Made by a program: the position numbers and the translations under genes
The notes under the pieces: model-generated
Seen by the model: only the letters and a program-made list of their open reading frames with translations
What the model was told of the DNA's origin: nothing
The model's database searches: none
Part shown: positions 17,714-25,446 of the stretch, piece after piece
How the letters are laid out: every line of letters begins with the position of its first letter
Numbering within the stretch: position 1 is the first letter of the stretch
Sequence record: OP045498.1
Length of the DNA: 64,000 nt
Strand: one strand, 5' to 3'
DNA from: Klebsiella phage 150049

Positions 17714-18065
17714 GTACATTTTTAGCAATTTCTTGTAGTTCCTTAACGTCACTAACGAAAAGGTAGTCAGAGCTTCCAGAGTGCATACTCTGCATAACCA
17801 CACCACCATCCGGTGCATCTTCTTTCAAAGTAATACCTAACCAGAACTCGGCAAAACTAGGTGTTACCTCACCTTGACTTGCCTTGAACACATCGCCTTC
17901 TGTAATCTCTTGACCAGTGGAGAGTCCCATGTATGGTACGTTCAGATCAATATCTTTGTAGAATTCAGCTAGATCTTGCTCGAAATCCCAACCTTTAGAG
18001 ATAGCGAACTCCATTGTTACATGACCGAAATAGCCTTGAACCTTGCTTGATAATTGCATTTGCAA
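17706..18065 (-). CDS. hypothetical protein (119 aa)
   Basis: ORF track. Confidence 0.55.
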   Translation of the reverse strand: MQMQLSSKVQGYFGHVTMEFAISKGWDFEQDLAEFYKDIDLNVPYMGLSTGQEITEGDVFKASQGEVTPSFAEFWLGITLKEDAPDGGVVMQSMHSGSSDYLFVSDVKELQEIAKNVLA

Positions 18066-18084
18066 TTCCTTATTTTGAGTTAAT

Positions 18085-18158
18085 TGGTACTCGGTGATAG
18101 AATCGAACTATCGCAACCGCCGTGTAAAGACGGGGTTCTCCCATTAAACTAACCGAGC
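18085..18158 (-). tRNA. tRNA-Val (TAC)
   Basis: anticodon arm CCGTC-TTTACAC-GGCGG, T-arm GATAG-TTCGATT-CTATC. Confidence 0.7.
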
Positions 18159-18291
18159 AAAAGACGTCCTATAATATAGGCTTCAACTACAAATTCACAG
18201 AAACCTGCTAAAAACATACCTATTGTAAAATCGGCAGAGAATACATAGGAATCTTTTATTTTCTGCTTCATTAAGTAAAACCAGATAGTCA

Positions 18292-18609
18292 TTAAAATCT
18301 CTCCATTCTAAAGCCAATGAAGTAAGGTGCATTACATGGAACATGCTTAAGATCTTTAAGAGTAATTTTACGTCCTAAGCGTCGTTCCATACAAGTGAAA
18401 CATAGAACAATATCTTTGGGCTGCTCTTTTCTTATCTGATCCCAGACCCAATCTTCAACCATACACATTTCATGGTATTGTTCACAGTCTCGACAATAAT
18501 GTCGCTGATGTTCTGGTACTTTTTGATTTTTAATACACAGTTCAGTAAAGCGTTTTCCGGCTCTGCCAGACATTTCTGATATTGTTTCTAGAACTTTGTT
18601 AATATTCAT
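18292..18609 (-). CDS. Cys-rich hypothetical protein (105 aa)
   Basis: ORF track; CRDC, CFTC pairs. Confidence 0.5.
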   Translation of the reverse strand: MNINKVLETISEMSGRAGKRFTELCIKNQKVPEHQRHYCRDCEQYHEMCMVEDWVWDQIRKEQPKDIVLCFTCMERRLGRKITLKDLKHVPCNAPYFIGFRMERF

Positions 18610-18626
18610 AACAAATTCCTTTAAAT

Positions 18627-18705
18627 TGGTAGACCGCCTGGGACTCGAACCCAGAACCTTCCGGTTAAAAGCCGGGTGCTGCTAAACCAATTGAGCTAGC
18701 GATCT
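18627..18705 (-). tRNA. tRNA-Lys (TTT)
   Basis: loop CTTTTAA, T-arm CTGGG-TTCGAGT-CCCAG. Confidence 0.65.
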
Positions 18706-18707
18706 AT

Positions 18708-18872
18708 TTAGTACATATATACTTCTTTAATAGAGTAGACTTTTAAGTAAGGATGATTAATACCAAATTCCGCCATCACTTCGTTTTCATCTTTACCGTA
18801 ATGGGCTAGTGGATACTTCTTACGATCTTTGCTAGAACGTAGATCACTTACTTTTAAACGAAATAATTTCAT
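18708..18872 (-). CDS. small ORF (54 aa)
   Basis: ATG 18872, MKLFRLKVSDLRSSKDRKKYP... Confidence 0.3.
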   Translation of the reverse strand: MKLFRLKVSDLRSSKDRKKYPLAHYGKDENEVMAEFGINHPYLKVYSIKEVYMY

Positions 18873-18893
18873 TTCGAAATCCTTCTATTAAAT

Positions 18894-18971
18894 TGGAAGC
18901 GGGTGTAGGAATCGAACCTACCTCTTTCTAGCTTATGAGACTAGCGATCTCTACCAGAGATCTAACCCGCA
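18894..18971 (-). tRNA. tRNA with CAT anticodon and unpaired 1:72 position (initiator-like feature)
   Basis: loop CTCATAA, T-arm GTAGG-TTCGATT-CCTAC, discriminator U. Confidence 0.55.
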
Positions 18972-18977
18972 ATTGTT

Positions 18978-19055
18978 TGGTCTCCGTGGGAGGATTTGAA
19001 CCCCCGACCCTACCGCCCCAAACGGAACGCTCTGGCCAAACTGAGCTACACGGAG
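18978..19055 (-). tRNA. tRNA-Pro (TGG)
   Basis: C1-G72 pair, loop TTTGGGG, perfect acceptor CTCCGTG/CACGGAG. Confidence 0.7.
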
Positions 19056-19080
19056 AATATTCTTTGTTAACTCACTTTAT

Positions 19081-19116
19081 AAAATATATTATACAGATAT
19101 TTAAGCATAATAGCAA
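19081..19116 (-). promoter_or_regulatory. T5-type early promoter
   Basis: -10 19088..19093, -35 19111..19116 TTGCTA. Confidence 0.6.
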
Positions 19117-19135
19117 ATGAGTTTTTAATAAATTT

Positions 19136-19365
19136 ACTTATTGCGTAGGCCACCTCACGCTTCAAACGCTCTGCTGACAAAGAAGTTTGCGAGACTTCTC
19201 TTAAATGCCAGAATAGACCCGCCGATCTATCGGAACCTACTCAATAAGTAAACTTTCGTTTACCTACACCTACCTGGTCGGGAGGATTTTCAGCGACTAG
19301 AACCGGCCGGAAACTCATCGCCTTGTTTATCTAGGAGTCCGTTCTCTAGGAAGCAGAAACCTAAA
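19136..19365 (-). ncRNA. candidate stable non-coding RNA (~230 nt)
   Basis: ORF-free, GC-rich relative to flanks, upstream of promoter 19081..19116 and downstream of tRNA-Gly. Confidence 0.3.
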
Positions 19366-19367
19366 TT

Positions 19368-19441
19368 TGGTGCGGTCGGAGGGAATCGAACCCTCAACTT
19401 TTGGTTGGCAACCAAAAATTATACCTTTTAACTACGAACGC
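19368..19441 (-). tRNA. tRNA-Gly (GCC)
   Basis: anticodon arm TTTGG-TTGCCAA-CCAAA, T-arm GAGGG-TTCGATT-CCCTC. Confidence 0.65.
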
Positions 19442-19644
19442 ATAATAAGTCAATCTAGGCAGGACTTGAACCTGCTATCACTTGTGCGGATTTACGAGAA
19501 CCATTCTTTCACTCGAATCGAACGAGCTTCTACCCTCGGCAAGCTGGTGTCCCCTCTCCACCACGCTAGAATGTTTGTTAATGAATAGAGTCCGGTGTAG
19601 CAGTCCGTAAGGGTGCACCTACTGTAGCCTTTACTCTATTTGTT

Positions 19645-19721
19645 TGGTACTCCCAGAAGGACTTGAACCTTCAACCCTCCGCTTAAGAGGCGGTAGCTCT
19701 GACCAGTTGAGCTATGGAAGC
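19645..19721 (-). tRNA. tRNA-Lys (CTT)
   Basis: loop CTCTTAA, T-arm GAAGG-TTCAAGT-CCTTC. Confidence 0.5.
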
Positions 19722-19722
19722 A

Positions 19723-19956
19723 TTAAATCTCTTTTAAGAAATCTTTAGGAATAGTAAAACTAGGATAATCACCTGTTTCGTCTAATGTTACACTTGTATG
19801 CTCTATTCCAGTATATCGAGTATCATCTGAGGCTAAACCATAATCATGAAATTTCAATGAGTATACAGTTTGTCCTGCATGTTCACCTTTAATAACTAAA
19901 TATTTGCGTGTCATACTATATCCTAAATTGGCGCGACCGATGGGATTCGAACCCAC
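19723..19956 (-). CDS. hypothetical protein (77 aa)
   Basis: ORF track; abuts tRNA. Confidence 0.45.
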   Translation of the reverse strand: MGSNPIGRANLGYSMTRKYLVIKGEHAGQTVYSLKFHDYGLASDDTRYTGIEHTSVTLDETGDYPSFTIPKDFLKEI

Positions 19957-20005
19957 ATTCTCTCCCGTGACAGGGGAGTACCATTACCAAGCCAGCCCCG
20001 ATCGC
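19929..20005 (-). tRNA. tRNA-Asp (GTC)
   Basis: anticodon arm CTCCC-CTGTCAC-GGGAG, discriminator G. Confidence 0.7.
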
Positions 20006-20014
20006 ATAATTTGT

Positions 20015-20200
20015 TTACTCAGCTTTGAGTTTTTTGATAGCTTCCTCAACCTCTTTTAGAGCTTCACGACGCTCTACTTGACCTTGAAGTTCTTCAAGAA
20101 GTTCAGCTTTCAGAGCCTTAATAATATTACCACGAACCTTAATATTATTAATTAGATTATCACGATCAGCTTCTAGTCGAGCAATTGCACGAGTTGTCAT
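20015..20200 (-). CDS. small coiled-coil protein (61 aa)
   Basis: ORF track. Confidence 0.4.
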   Translation of the reverse strand: MTTRAIARLEADRDNLINNIKVRGNIIKALKAELLEELQGQVERREALKEVEEAIKKLKAE

Positions 20201-20302
20201 ATCTATTTCCTCAGTTATTAATGAAAATGGTATCTGTGACTGAATTCGATATCAGTAATGATAGCTGGTTGGCTACCGGTTTACTTAACTCTACACAGAA
20301 TA

Positions 20303-20385
20303 TGGCGGGCCGTGTAGGATTCGAACCTACGTTGTCTTTCGACATGGATTAACAGTCCACCGCCAAACCGCTTGGCTAACGACCC
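20303..20385 (-). tRNA. tRNA with Asn anticodon arm (GTT) but 13-nt variable arm and 3-bp D-stem (class-II-like body)
   Basis: GGA-CTGTTAA-TCC arm and G73 like tRNA-Asn; 83 nt. Confidence 0.5.
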
Positions 20386-20392
20386 TAAAATT

Positions 20393-20468
20393 TGGACGAC
20401 CGCATGAGATTCGAACTCACATAAGGAGGTTTTGCAGGCCTCCGCCTAAGCCATTCAGCCAACGGTCG
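20393..20468 (-). tRNA. tRNA-Cys (GCA)
   Basis: loop CTGCAAA, discriminator U, T-arm GTGAG-TTCGAAT-CTCAT. Confidence 0.65.
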
Positions 20469-20646
20469 ATTTATCTTGCTTTTCGAGATTAGTAAACTCT
20501 AGATCTTTAGAATGTCCTATAGATCTAGCATAATAGCCATCTCCAGCATCATAGCCTGACTTACCACACTCACACATCTTAAACTCTCTATAACGAGTGA
20601 AAATATGTTCAGAACCACAACACTTAAATTTAACTAACATTTTCAT
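20455..20646 (-). CDS. small zinc-ribbon protein (63 aa)
   Basis: CCGSEH..CECG; 3' end overlaps tRNA-Cys 5' end. Confidence 0.35.
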   Translation of the reverse strand: MKMLVKFKCCGSEHIFTRYREFKMCECGKSGYDAGDGYYARSIGHSKDLEFTNLEKQDKSTVG

Positions 20647-20885
20647 TTAACACGCTCCGGTAAATCTTCGAGTTTATATTGAGTAGCCACATTAGCAGCA
20701 TCTAGTAACAAACCCATATGTTTAAGAATCCTAGTGATAGCCTCGCCTTCTGCTTCTTCTACAAAAGTGCGTAGTTGAATGAAGTCAATACCACCATCCA
20801 TACCAGAGAAAATGTTAAGTAAGCGAAGCATTACCAGCTTACGTTCTTTCAGTTCTTGTTCTGTCATGTTGCTTCTCCAGTTCAA
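20643..20885 (-). CDS. hypothetical protein (80 aa)
   Basis: ORF track. Confidence 0.5.
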   Translation of the reverse strand: MNWRSNMTEQELKERKLVMLRLLNIFSGMDGGIDFIQLRTFVEEAEGEAITRILKHMGLLLDAANVATQYKLEDLPERVK

Positions 20886-20889
20886 TTTA

Positions 20890-20925
20890 TGTAATAATTA
20901 TACAGAACTTTAAGCGGTTAAGCAA
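20890..20925 (-). promoter_or_regulatory. T5-type early promoter
   Basis: -10 20897..20902, -35 20920..20925. Confidence 0.6.
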
Positions 20926-21205
20926 CTACATTTTTCAGAAATATGATGCCTTTCTTTTTCTTCTTATACTTCCACGTTAATGGATTCTGTCTATTATGAA
21001 CGCTTGAGATCTTTGTCTCGTCAAAGTTCTTCAATACCATGTAATCACAGGCCAACTGTTCTAGTGGGATGTGATCTCCGTCAAAAGCATAAACATAAGG
21101 TTGTTGACTAGCACGATAATGATAGACTTTGTTAATTCTACGTTTCAGTGACTTATCCGCACAGTAAATAAAGAAGTTTTCAGGATGCATCAGCATCTCC
21201 TTCAA
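20918..21205 (-). CDS. hypothetical protein (95 aa)
   Basis: ORF track; C-terminus overlaps promoter block. Confidence 0.45.
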   Translation of the reverse strand: MKEMLMHPENFFIYCADKSLKRRINKVYHYRASQQPYVYAFDGDHIPLEQLACDYMVLKNFDETKISSVHNRQNPLTWKYKKKKKGIIFLKNVVA

Positions 21206-21207
21206 AT

Positions 21208-21282
21208 TGGTGCACCCTGTTCGTATCGAACGAACCTCTCAAGCTCTTCAGGCAAGCGCTAATCCATCTCAGCTAAAGGTGC
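21208..21282 (-). tRNA. tRNA-Phe (GAA)
   Basis: loop CTGAAGA, T-arm GTTCG-TTCGATA-CGAAC; weak anticodon stem. Confidence 0.5.
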
Positions 21283-21288
21283 AAATAT

Positions 21289-21365
21289 TGGCAAACCTAC
21301 TAGGACTCGAACCTAGACCGTACGGTTTTGGAGACCGACATGCTGTCCAGTAACACTCTAGGAAT
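21289..21365 (-). tRNA. tRNA-Trp (CCA), acceptor stem not cleanly resolved
   Basis: anticodon arm CGGT-CTCCAAA-ACCG like E. coli Trp, G73, T-arm CTAGG-TTCGAGT-CCTAG. Confidence 0.45.
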
Positions 21366-21373
21366 GCAGAAAT

Positions 21374-21450
21374 TGGCGTCCTGTGCGGGGATCGAACCCG
21401 CAAATCCTACCTTGAAAGGGTAGTGACTTTACCAGTTTGTCTAACAGGAC
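21374..21450 (-). tRNA. tRNA-Glu (TTC)
   Basis: GTCCTGT..loop CTTTCAA..ACAGGACGCCA. Confidence 0.75.
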
Positions 21451-21457
21451 TTAAATT

Positions 21458-21548
21458 TGGTGTTGGATGATGGAGTCGAACCACCCGAGACCCTTCCGAG
21501 TCGGCAGATTTACAGTCTGCTTCGCTACCTCTACGATACTAATCCAAC
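21458..21548 (-). tRNA. tRNA-Tyr (GTA), class II
   Basis: 91 nt, anticodon arm GCAGA-CTGTAAA-TCTGC, perfect acceptor. Confidence 0.75.
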
Positions 21549-21605
21549 ATATTTAGAAATATTCAAATACTAGTTTAAACACTTTTAAATATGTTTTCCA
21601 AATTA

Positions 21606-21666
21606 GATAACTATTATATCAAGTTTTGAAGGACTGAGCAAGTCAAATTTTAAAGAACTTGCTCAG
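21606..21666 (-). promoter_or_regulatory. variant early promoter (-10 21613..21618, -35 TTGCTC 21636..21641) overlapped by a perfect 10-bp inverted repeat CTGAGCAAGT / ACTTGCTCAG
   Basis: IR arms 21634..21643 and 21657..21666. Confidence 0.4.
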
Positions 21667-21677
21667 TGCTATATCAG

Positions 21678-21953
21678 TTACTCGAAGCTAGGAGTGACAC
21701 TCAGTTTGAATGGAAGCTCGAACACTTCTTCATAATCATCATTGAGCGTAATTACACGACCTTCTAGCTTAGTCATGGTGATTTCGATATCAGCCTTTGC
21801 ATCAGGAGCCATACCAGCTTCCACACATTTAGCTTTGACTTCCGGCAGAAGTTCTACATCGTAGAAATAAAGCCATTCAATCTCACCTTCCCAGCCACCC
21901 CAGGATTTACAAACAGCACTTTCAACACCAGTTGCAGTAACACGTTTTGACAT
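21678..21953 (-). CDS. hypothetical protein (91 aa)
   Basis: ORF track. Confidence 0.5.
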   Translation of the reverse strand: MSKRVTATGVESAVCKSWGGWEGEIEWLYFYDVELLPEVKAKCVEAGMAPDAKADIEITMTKLEGRVITLNDDYEEVFELPFKLSVTPSFE

Positions 21954-21976
21954 TCGTTAACTCCTTCATCAATTTA

Positions 21977-22013
21977 TATAACTATTATAGCAGAAATCTT
22001 AAGTAAAAAGCAA
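21977..22013 (-). promoter_or_regulatory. T5-type early promoter
   Basis: -10 21984..21989, -35 22008..22013. Confidence 0.6.
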
Positions 22014-22043
22014 GTACATTTTTAAAATTTCTGCTTGGAGGAG

Positions 22044-22250
22044 TTAAACTCCTGATTCTTCTGCCAGATCAAGCCCAACCAATGTGATTGCCATAATAGC
22101 CGCGCCATGTTCTTTCTCTCCTAGCTCTTTGGCTTGAGTGAGAATATTGAGGAATTGCTTCTGAAAATCTGCAACTTCTTCTGTCATGCCTGCTTCAGCA
22201 ATAATTCCTTTCAGCATAAAGCGTTGTGCCGTAATTTCAGGATTAGCCAT
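22044..22250 (-). CDS. hypothetical protein (68 aa)
   Basis: ORF track. Confidence 0.45.
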   Translation of the reverse strand: MANPEITAQRFMLKGIIAEAGMTEEVADFQKQFLNILTQAKELGEKEHGAAIMAITLVGLDLAEESGV

Positions 22251-22401
22251 TTATTATCTCCAGTTATTTAGAATGTAAGCCAAACTTAGGATCATAGCGA
22301 TCGTAAGTCGTACCATTAGTTGAAGCCTTGATGCTATGAAAACGACAGTACATAAATTTACGTAGTGCTTTCTTAATAGCTTTCATTTTATTTCCTTAAT
22401 T

Positions 22402-22478
22402 TGGTAGGGGTGGTGGGATTCGAACCCACAAAACCTGAATTTTAAGTCCAGTACCTATGCCAATTCGATTACACCCCC
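22402..22478 (-). tRNA. tRNA-Leu (TAA) with short variable arm (class-I-like)
   Basis: loop CTTAAAA, A73, T-arm GTGGG-TTCGAAT-CCCAC. Confidence 0.5.
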
Positions 22479-22486
22479 ATGTAATC

Positions 22487-22840
22487 TTAGCGAATCTCTA
22501 AACCCTGGAAATATCGAGGGAATGGAGAGCCAACTTCAAAATTGATGCCCCAGTTAAGTTCAACGAGTTCAGATTTATTAAGATCTAGGCCATTACCTTC
22601 AAAGATATAGCCGTAAACCGCAGGGAACATAGCTGCTAGATCTTCCATATCGGAATGAGCATTGTGTTCTTCACGGAACTGCTCAAACTCTTCAAAGAAC
22701 TTTTCTAGGAAAAACTCAGGTACGATGAACGTTACCACATCAGTAGAATCATCGGTACGATACACCGTAGCTTGGAACAAGCCAACACCTAAAAGGTTTA
22801 TTGCCGGAGTAGTAAAAATATCCATCTTAGCCTCTCTCAA
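22487..22840 (-). CDS. hypothetical protein (117 aa)
   Basis: ORF track. Confidence 0.5.
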   Translation of the reverse strand: MREAKMDIFTTPAINLLGVGLFQATVYRTDDSTDVVTFIVPEFFLEKFFEEFEQFREEHNAHSDMEDLAAMFPAVYGYIFEGNGLDLNKSELVELNWGINFEVGSPFPRYFQGLEIR

Positions 22841-23012
22841 TGTCTAGACAAATTGCATATTCAGGGTTGATACCAGTACCTTTACATGTAGGACATTCCC
22901 ATTCTCTACAGAAAATATCCCCAGGCTCTGCATCATCCTGCCTACCACCACCATGACAGTCCTTACACCGACATTCTTCTAATGCTTTCTTCATTTCATA
23001 GAATCTAGACAT
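22827..23012 (-). CDS. small zinc-finger protein (61 aa)
   Basis: CKDC..CPTC. Confidence 0.45.
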   Translation of the reverse strand: MSRFYEMKKALEECRCKDCHGGGRQDDAEPGDIFCREWECPTCKGTGINPEYAICLDIERG

Positions 23013-23038
23013 ATAGTCTCCTAGTTAATTGGTGGCTC

Positions 23039-23116
23039 CCGGAGGATTCGAACCTACCTACCTTTCGCTTATGAGGCGACGGCTCATACCAAATGAGCTT
23101 GAGAACCAAATTTGGA
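23039..23116 (-). tRNA. tRNA with CAT anticodon (third CAT tRNA)
   Basis: loop CTCATAA, D-arm GCTC-ATTTGGTAT-GAGC. Confidence 0.55.
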
Positions 23117-23121
23117 GGAAG

Positions 23122-23215
23122 ATGCCAGACTCGAACTGGCACACCGTGTCTCCACAGCTACTGGCTGTTTAGCAAACAGCTCCCTTACCTTTAGGGTTAA
23201 TCTTCCAAATTTATG
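23122..23215 (-). tRNA. tRNA-Ser (GCT), class II
   Basis: 94 nt, anticodon arm GCTGT-TTGCTAA-ACAGC, perfect acceptor. Confidence 0.7.
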
Positions 23216-23249
23216 AATATATTATACAGAAAATTTCGGCATTAAGCAA
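23214..23249 (-). promoter_or_regulatory. T5-type early promoter feeding the tRNA block
   Basis: -10 23221..23226, -35 23244..23249. Confidence 0.6.
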
Positions 23250-23257
23250 GTGAAATT

Positions 23258-23554
23258 TTACTGAACATTGCACTGATATACCTGTTTGATACGTGTCACT
23301 GACTTCTTAGTTGGGTTGATAGAAGAACCCTGCCACCAACGTGACTCTGAGCTAAGAACAGCACTAGGAACAGCCTGCTCTTTTGGCAGAACAATATCAA
23401 AACACTGTTCACCCATATTATCTTTAATGTGTGACCAAATATCCAAAGTAAATCGTTCTAACTTATTACAAACCTGAACTTGACAAAGTTCCTGTTGCGG
23501 AGCAGCAAATACAGAAGTAGATACTAGAGTCAATGCAAGTACAATGCGTTTCAT
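23258..23554 (-). CDS. secreted protein with signal peptide (98 aa)
   Basis: leader LALTLVSTSVFAAP. Confidence 0.5.
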   Translation of the reverse strand: MKRIVLALTLVSTSVFAAPQQELCQVQVCNKLERFTLDIWSHIKDNMGEQCFDIVLPKEQAVPSAVLSSESRWWQGSSINPTKKSVTRIKQVYQCNVQ

Positions 23555-23577
23555 GTTTGATTCCTCTCTCGAATTTA

Positions 23578-23613
23578 TAAATATATTATACAGAAATTTT
23601 CTATATTAAGCAA
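23578..23613 (-). promoter_or_regulatory. T5-type early promoter
   Basis: -10 23585..23590, -35 23608..23613. Confidence 0.6.
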
Positions 23614-23630
23614 GTGAAAATTTCTGTATA

Positions 23631-23653
23631 ATAGCCCTCTAAGCGAGGGCTAT
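23631..23653 (-). terminator. hairpin ATAGCCCTC..GAGGGCTAT downstream of pnuC, weak T-run
   Basis: 8-bp stem. Confidence 0.3.
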
Positions 23654-23660
23654 AACTACT

Positions 23661-24353
23661 TTATTTGTTAACGCGTACAAAGTATCCTTTATAAGCTCCA
23701 AGAATAGAGTTGCCTAAGAATACTAGCCACATTGCTAGGATTGCGTAAGATGCACCTGTAGATTGAGCAGTTACAAGCCAAATGTACACAGTACCAATGT
23801 TAATAGCAATCCAAATCAGCCATTGTTCAGCATATTGTTTGACCATAAGCCACATAGCAATCACACTACCAACCGCAGTAAATGCGTCAAGCATTGGGAA
23901 TGGATCAGCGGTAGTAGCAAGGAAGCTGCCATATCCTAAAGTAGCTACTGCTAGAACCCCTAGAGTCAGCAAAGCTTGAGCTTTGCTCAGAATCTTAGTT
24001 GGAACATCTGGCAGATTACTTGGCTTATTTTTATGCCATAAGTACATTCCATAAAACTGCATAGGAACATAGTATAGCAGGTTTAGTGCAGCGTTACCAT
24101 AAAGATCTGCATTTAAAGCCGTAATACCATAGGTAAGAACTCCAACTAAGCCCCAAATATAGTTGGAAACACGTCCTTTTGCAACCAGAATAACACAAAC
24201 CACGTTGGTTATTGCAGTAGCCCAATCTAGAGCTGTACCATTATAGTTTGCTAAACTAATAAAGGCGACTGCTATAAACAGCCACAGATATTCCAAAGGT
24301 TTCCAGTTTTTAAAGTCATTTACAAGATAGTTAGTCATATTAAAACTCTCCAA
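23661..24353 (-). CDS. pnuC: nicotinamide riboside transporter PnuC (230 aa)
   Basis: 6-7 TM segments, size and hydropathy of PnuC; adjacent to nadR-like gene. Confidence 0.7.
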   Translation of the reverse strand: MESFNMTNYLVNDFKNWKPLEYLWLFIAVAFISLANYNGTALDWATAITNVVCVILVAKGRVSNYIWGLVGVLTYGITALNADLYGNAALNLLYYVPMQFYGMYLWHKNKPSNLPDVPTKILSKAQALLTLGVLAVATLGYGSFLATTADPFPMLDAFTAVGSVIAMWLMVKQYAEQWLIWIAINIGTVYIWLVTAQSTGASYAILAMWLVFLGNSILGAYKGYFVRVNK

Positions 24354-25446
24354 CGTTAAAGTGATGAATCAGCCAGTCTACTGCGTTTACTGCTTCGTCC
24401 ATACGAACCTTATAGTCCGGGGAGTCAATATATACAGTACGCCCTTCTGGGAACTGATTAGGAAATTCTTTCTTCATCTGCTCGAACAGTTCAGAAGTAA
24501 TTGAACGATCGGAGTTAATACGTAAACCATCATCTACCCACTTAACAGTAGGTGCTAAAACTATAACTAAATCATAATGCTCTTCTTTAGCAATAGCTGT
24601 TACAACCGGATTTTTACGATGCTCGTAAAGTCTGTGATAAAACTCTGTAATGAAAGCATTTGTGTCTACAAACATGATCTTATTTGCAGTACGTTCTGCC
24701 TCAAACTCTAGCTCTTTGTGCCTGAATGCAATTTTATTATAGTCCTCGCTAGTCAGGAGTTCTTCATTACCAACTAGATCAACTTCGCAGTAAGTACGAC
24801 CATATTCTTCTACCCACGAAGTATTATATAATTTCGCAAGGTACTTTGTTAAAGTTGTTTTGCCGGAGCTTTCAGTACCAATGATAACAACCTTACGCAC
24901 GTAGTCTTTACGAACTACGCTAGGTAGGAATTCCCAATACTTCATAAGATCATTACGAATCATAGTAGCTGAGATTGGAACACGAGTCCGATCAGAGTCT
25001 ACAATATAATGTCCAAACTTCGGCAGATATTTCTTATATTCTGCATCATAGTCTATTTCGCTAGAGAAAATGGTAATTTCAGGCAAATGGCCATAATTAT
25101 CATTCAGGATTCTAGCATATTCTGGCCAACCGTTTGGGTACTCTGGAATATCATCTTCAATAATGTACTCTACCGAAACATGCTCGATATCAGCATAAGT
25201 TTGCTCAAGCCAACGCAGTCGATTCTTTAACTGCAAGACTTCCTGATCACGTGTGTTTTGTTTATCCAGCCAGCGATTATCATGACTAACTACAACAATA
25301 ACTCGCTCACACATAGTTGCTGCTGTATTAATTAAGTTAATATGACCACGCGTTAATGGTGCGAACTTACCAATTACTAGACCAGTCTTAATCATATTTG
25401 ATTCCTCTCTCAAATTTATAAATATATTATACAGAGAATTTAGCAT
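24340..25446 (-). CDS. nadR: NadR-like bifunctional NMN adenylyltransferase / ribosylnicotinamide kinase (368 aa)
   Basis: nucleotidyltransferase (H/T)xGH motif GKFAPLTRGH; Walker A GTESSGKTT in C-terminal kinase half. Confidence 0.7.
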   Translation of the reverse strand: MLNSLYNIFINLREESNMIKTGLVIGKFAPLTRGHINLINTAATMCERVIVVVSHDNRWLDKQNTRDQEVLQLKNRLRWLEQTYADIEHVSVEYIIEDDIPEYPNGWPEYARILNDNYGHLPEITIFSSEIDYDAEYKKYLPKFGHYIVDSDRTRVPISATMIRNDLMKYWEFLPSVVRKDYVRKVVIIGTESSGKTTLTKYLAKLYNTSWVEEYGRTYCEVDLVGNEELLTSEDYNKIAFRHKELEFEAERTANKIMFVDTNAFITEFYHRLYEHRKNPVVTAIAKEEHYDLVIVLAPTVKWVDDGLRINSDRSITSELFEQMKKEFPNQFPEGRTVYIDSPDYKVRMDEAVNAVDWLIHHFNVGEF

